From assembly GCA_964252035.1 (NCBI GenBank), contig OZ176200.1: 64,000 bases of DNA; one strand, given 5' to 3'. The position numbers and the translations under genes were made by a program. The notes beneath the pieces are model-generated. The model had not been told where the DNA came from. It saw nothing but the letters and a program-made list of their open reading frames with translations, and did not search any database. This DNA is from Podarcis erhardii. Its lineage: Eukaryota. How positions within the stretch are numbered: position 1 is the first letter of the stretch; every line of letters begins with the position of its first letter. This document shows positions 63,657 through 64,000 of this stretch, piece by piece.

Positions 63657-63999
63657 CAGTGGTGCCTCGCAAGACGAAATTAATTCATTCTGCGAGTTTT
63701 TTCGTCTTGCGATTTTTTCGTCTTGCGAAGCACGGACTTTGGAAAAGCTTCAAAAATCACCAAAGTCTTCAAAAACCTCAAAAAAGGCTACCACACCGCG
63801 TGCTATGAGTTGCTCCTCGAAGTGAATGCACGGTTTTAAGAAAAAGGAAACAAACTTGCAAGACAAAGGAAACAAACTTGCAAGACATTTTCGTATTGCG
63901 AAGCAAGCCCATAGGGAAATCTGTCTTGCGAAGCAACTAAAAAAACTCGTTTTGCGAGTTTTTCGTCTTTTGAGGCATTCGTCTTGCGAGGTACCACTG
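63657..63999. mobile_element. Tc1/mariner MITE, same family as 3344-3680
   Basis: TA|CAGTGGTGCCTCGCAAGACGAA ... TTCGTCTTGCGAGGTACCACTG|T; right TA cut by the window edge. Confidence 0.85.
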
Positions 64000-64000
64000 T

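Overview
Vertebrate genomic DNA from a squamate, probably a lacertid lizard (inferred from the Sauria SINE with an (ACCTTT)n tail, Bov-B, CR1 and squamate MITEs). Two host genes lie tail-to-tail. On + are the last eight coding exons and 3' UTR of KIAA1549L (5452-39835, about 520 C-terminal aa, all GT-AG and in phase). On - is a two-exon C11orf91 orthologue (62785-62365 + 57619-57534, 168 aa). This is the gene order known at human 11p13. The standout is an apparently intact, very young Ty3/Gypsy chromovirus of the sushi/PEG10-like lineage (51150-56777, - strand). It has 623-bp LTRs with no mismatch visible by eye, a GTAGG target-site duplication, and open gag and pol joined by a GGGAAAC -1 frameshift with a stem-loop/pseudoknot. 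It has no tRNA primer site but a 10-nt self-priming match to its own predicted transcript start. Its pol ORF runs through the PPT about 110 codons into the 3' LTR and ends in an HMGN-like [11 protein letters not shown] motif after an intact chromodomain. It is nested in an older LTR-like remnant just downstream of C11orf91. Also present: a near full-length CR1 (three lesions), a Bov-B 3' fragment, an L1 3' fragment with an 18-bp TSD, L2 fragments, SINEs, hAT and mariner-type MITEs with TSDs, and microsatellites. All homology calls are from recalled sequences and motifs, not database searches.
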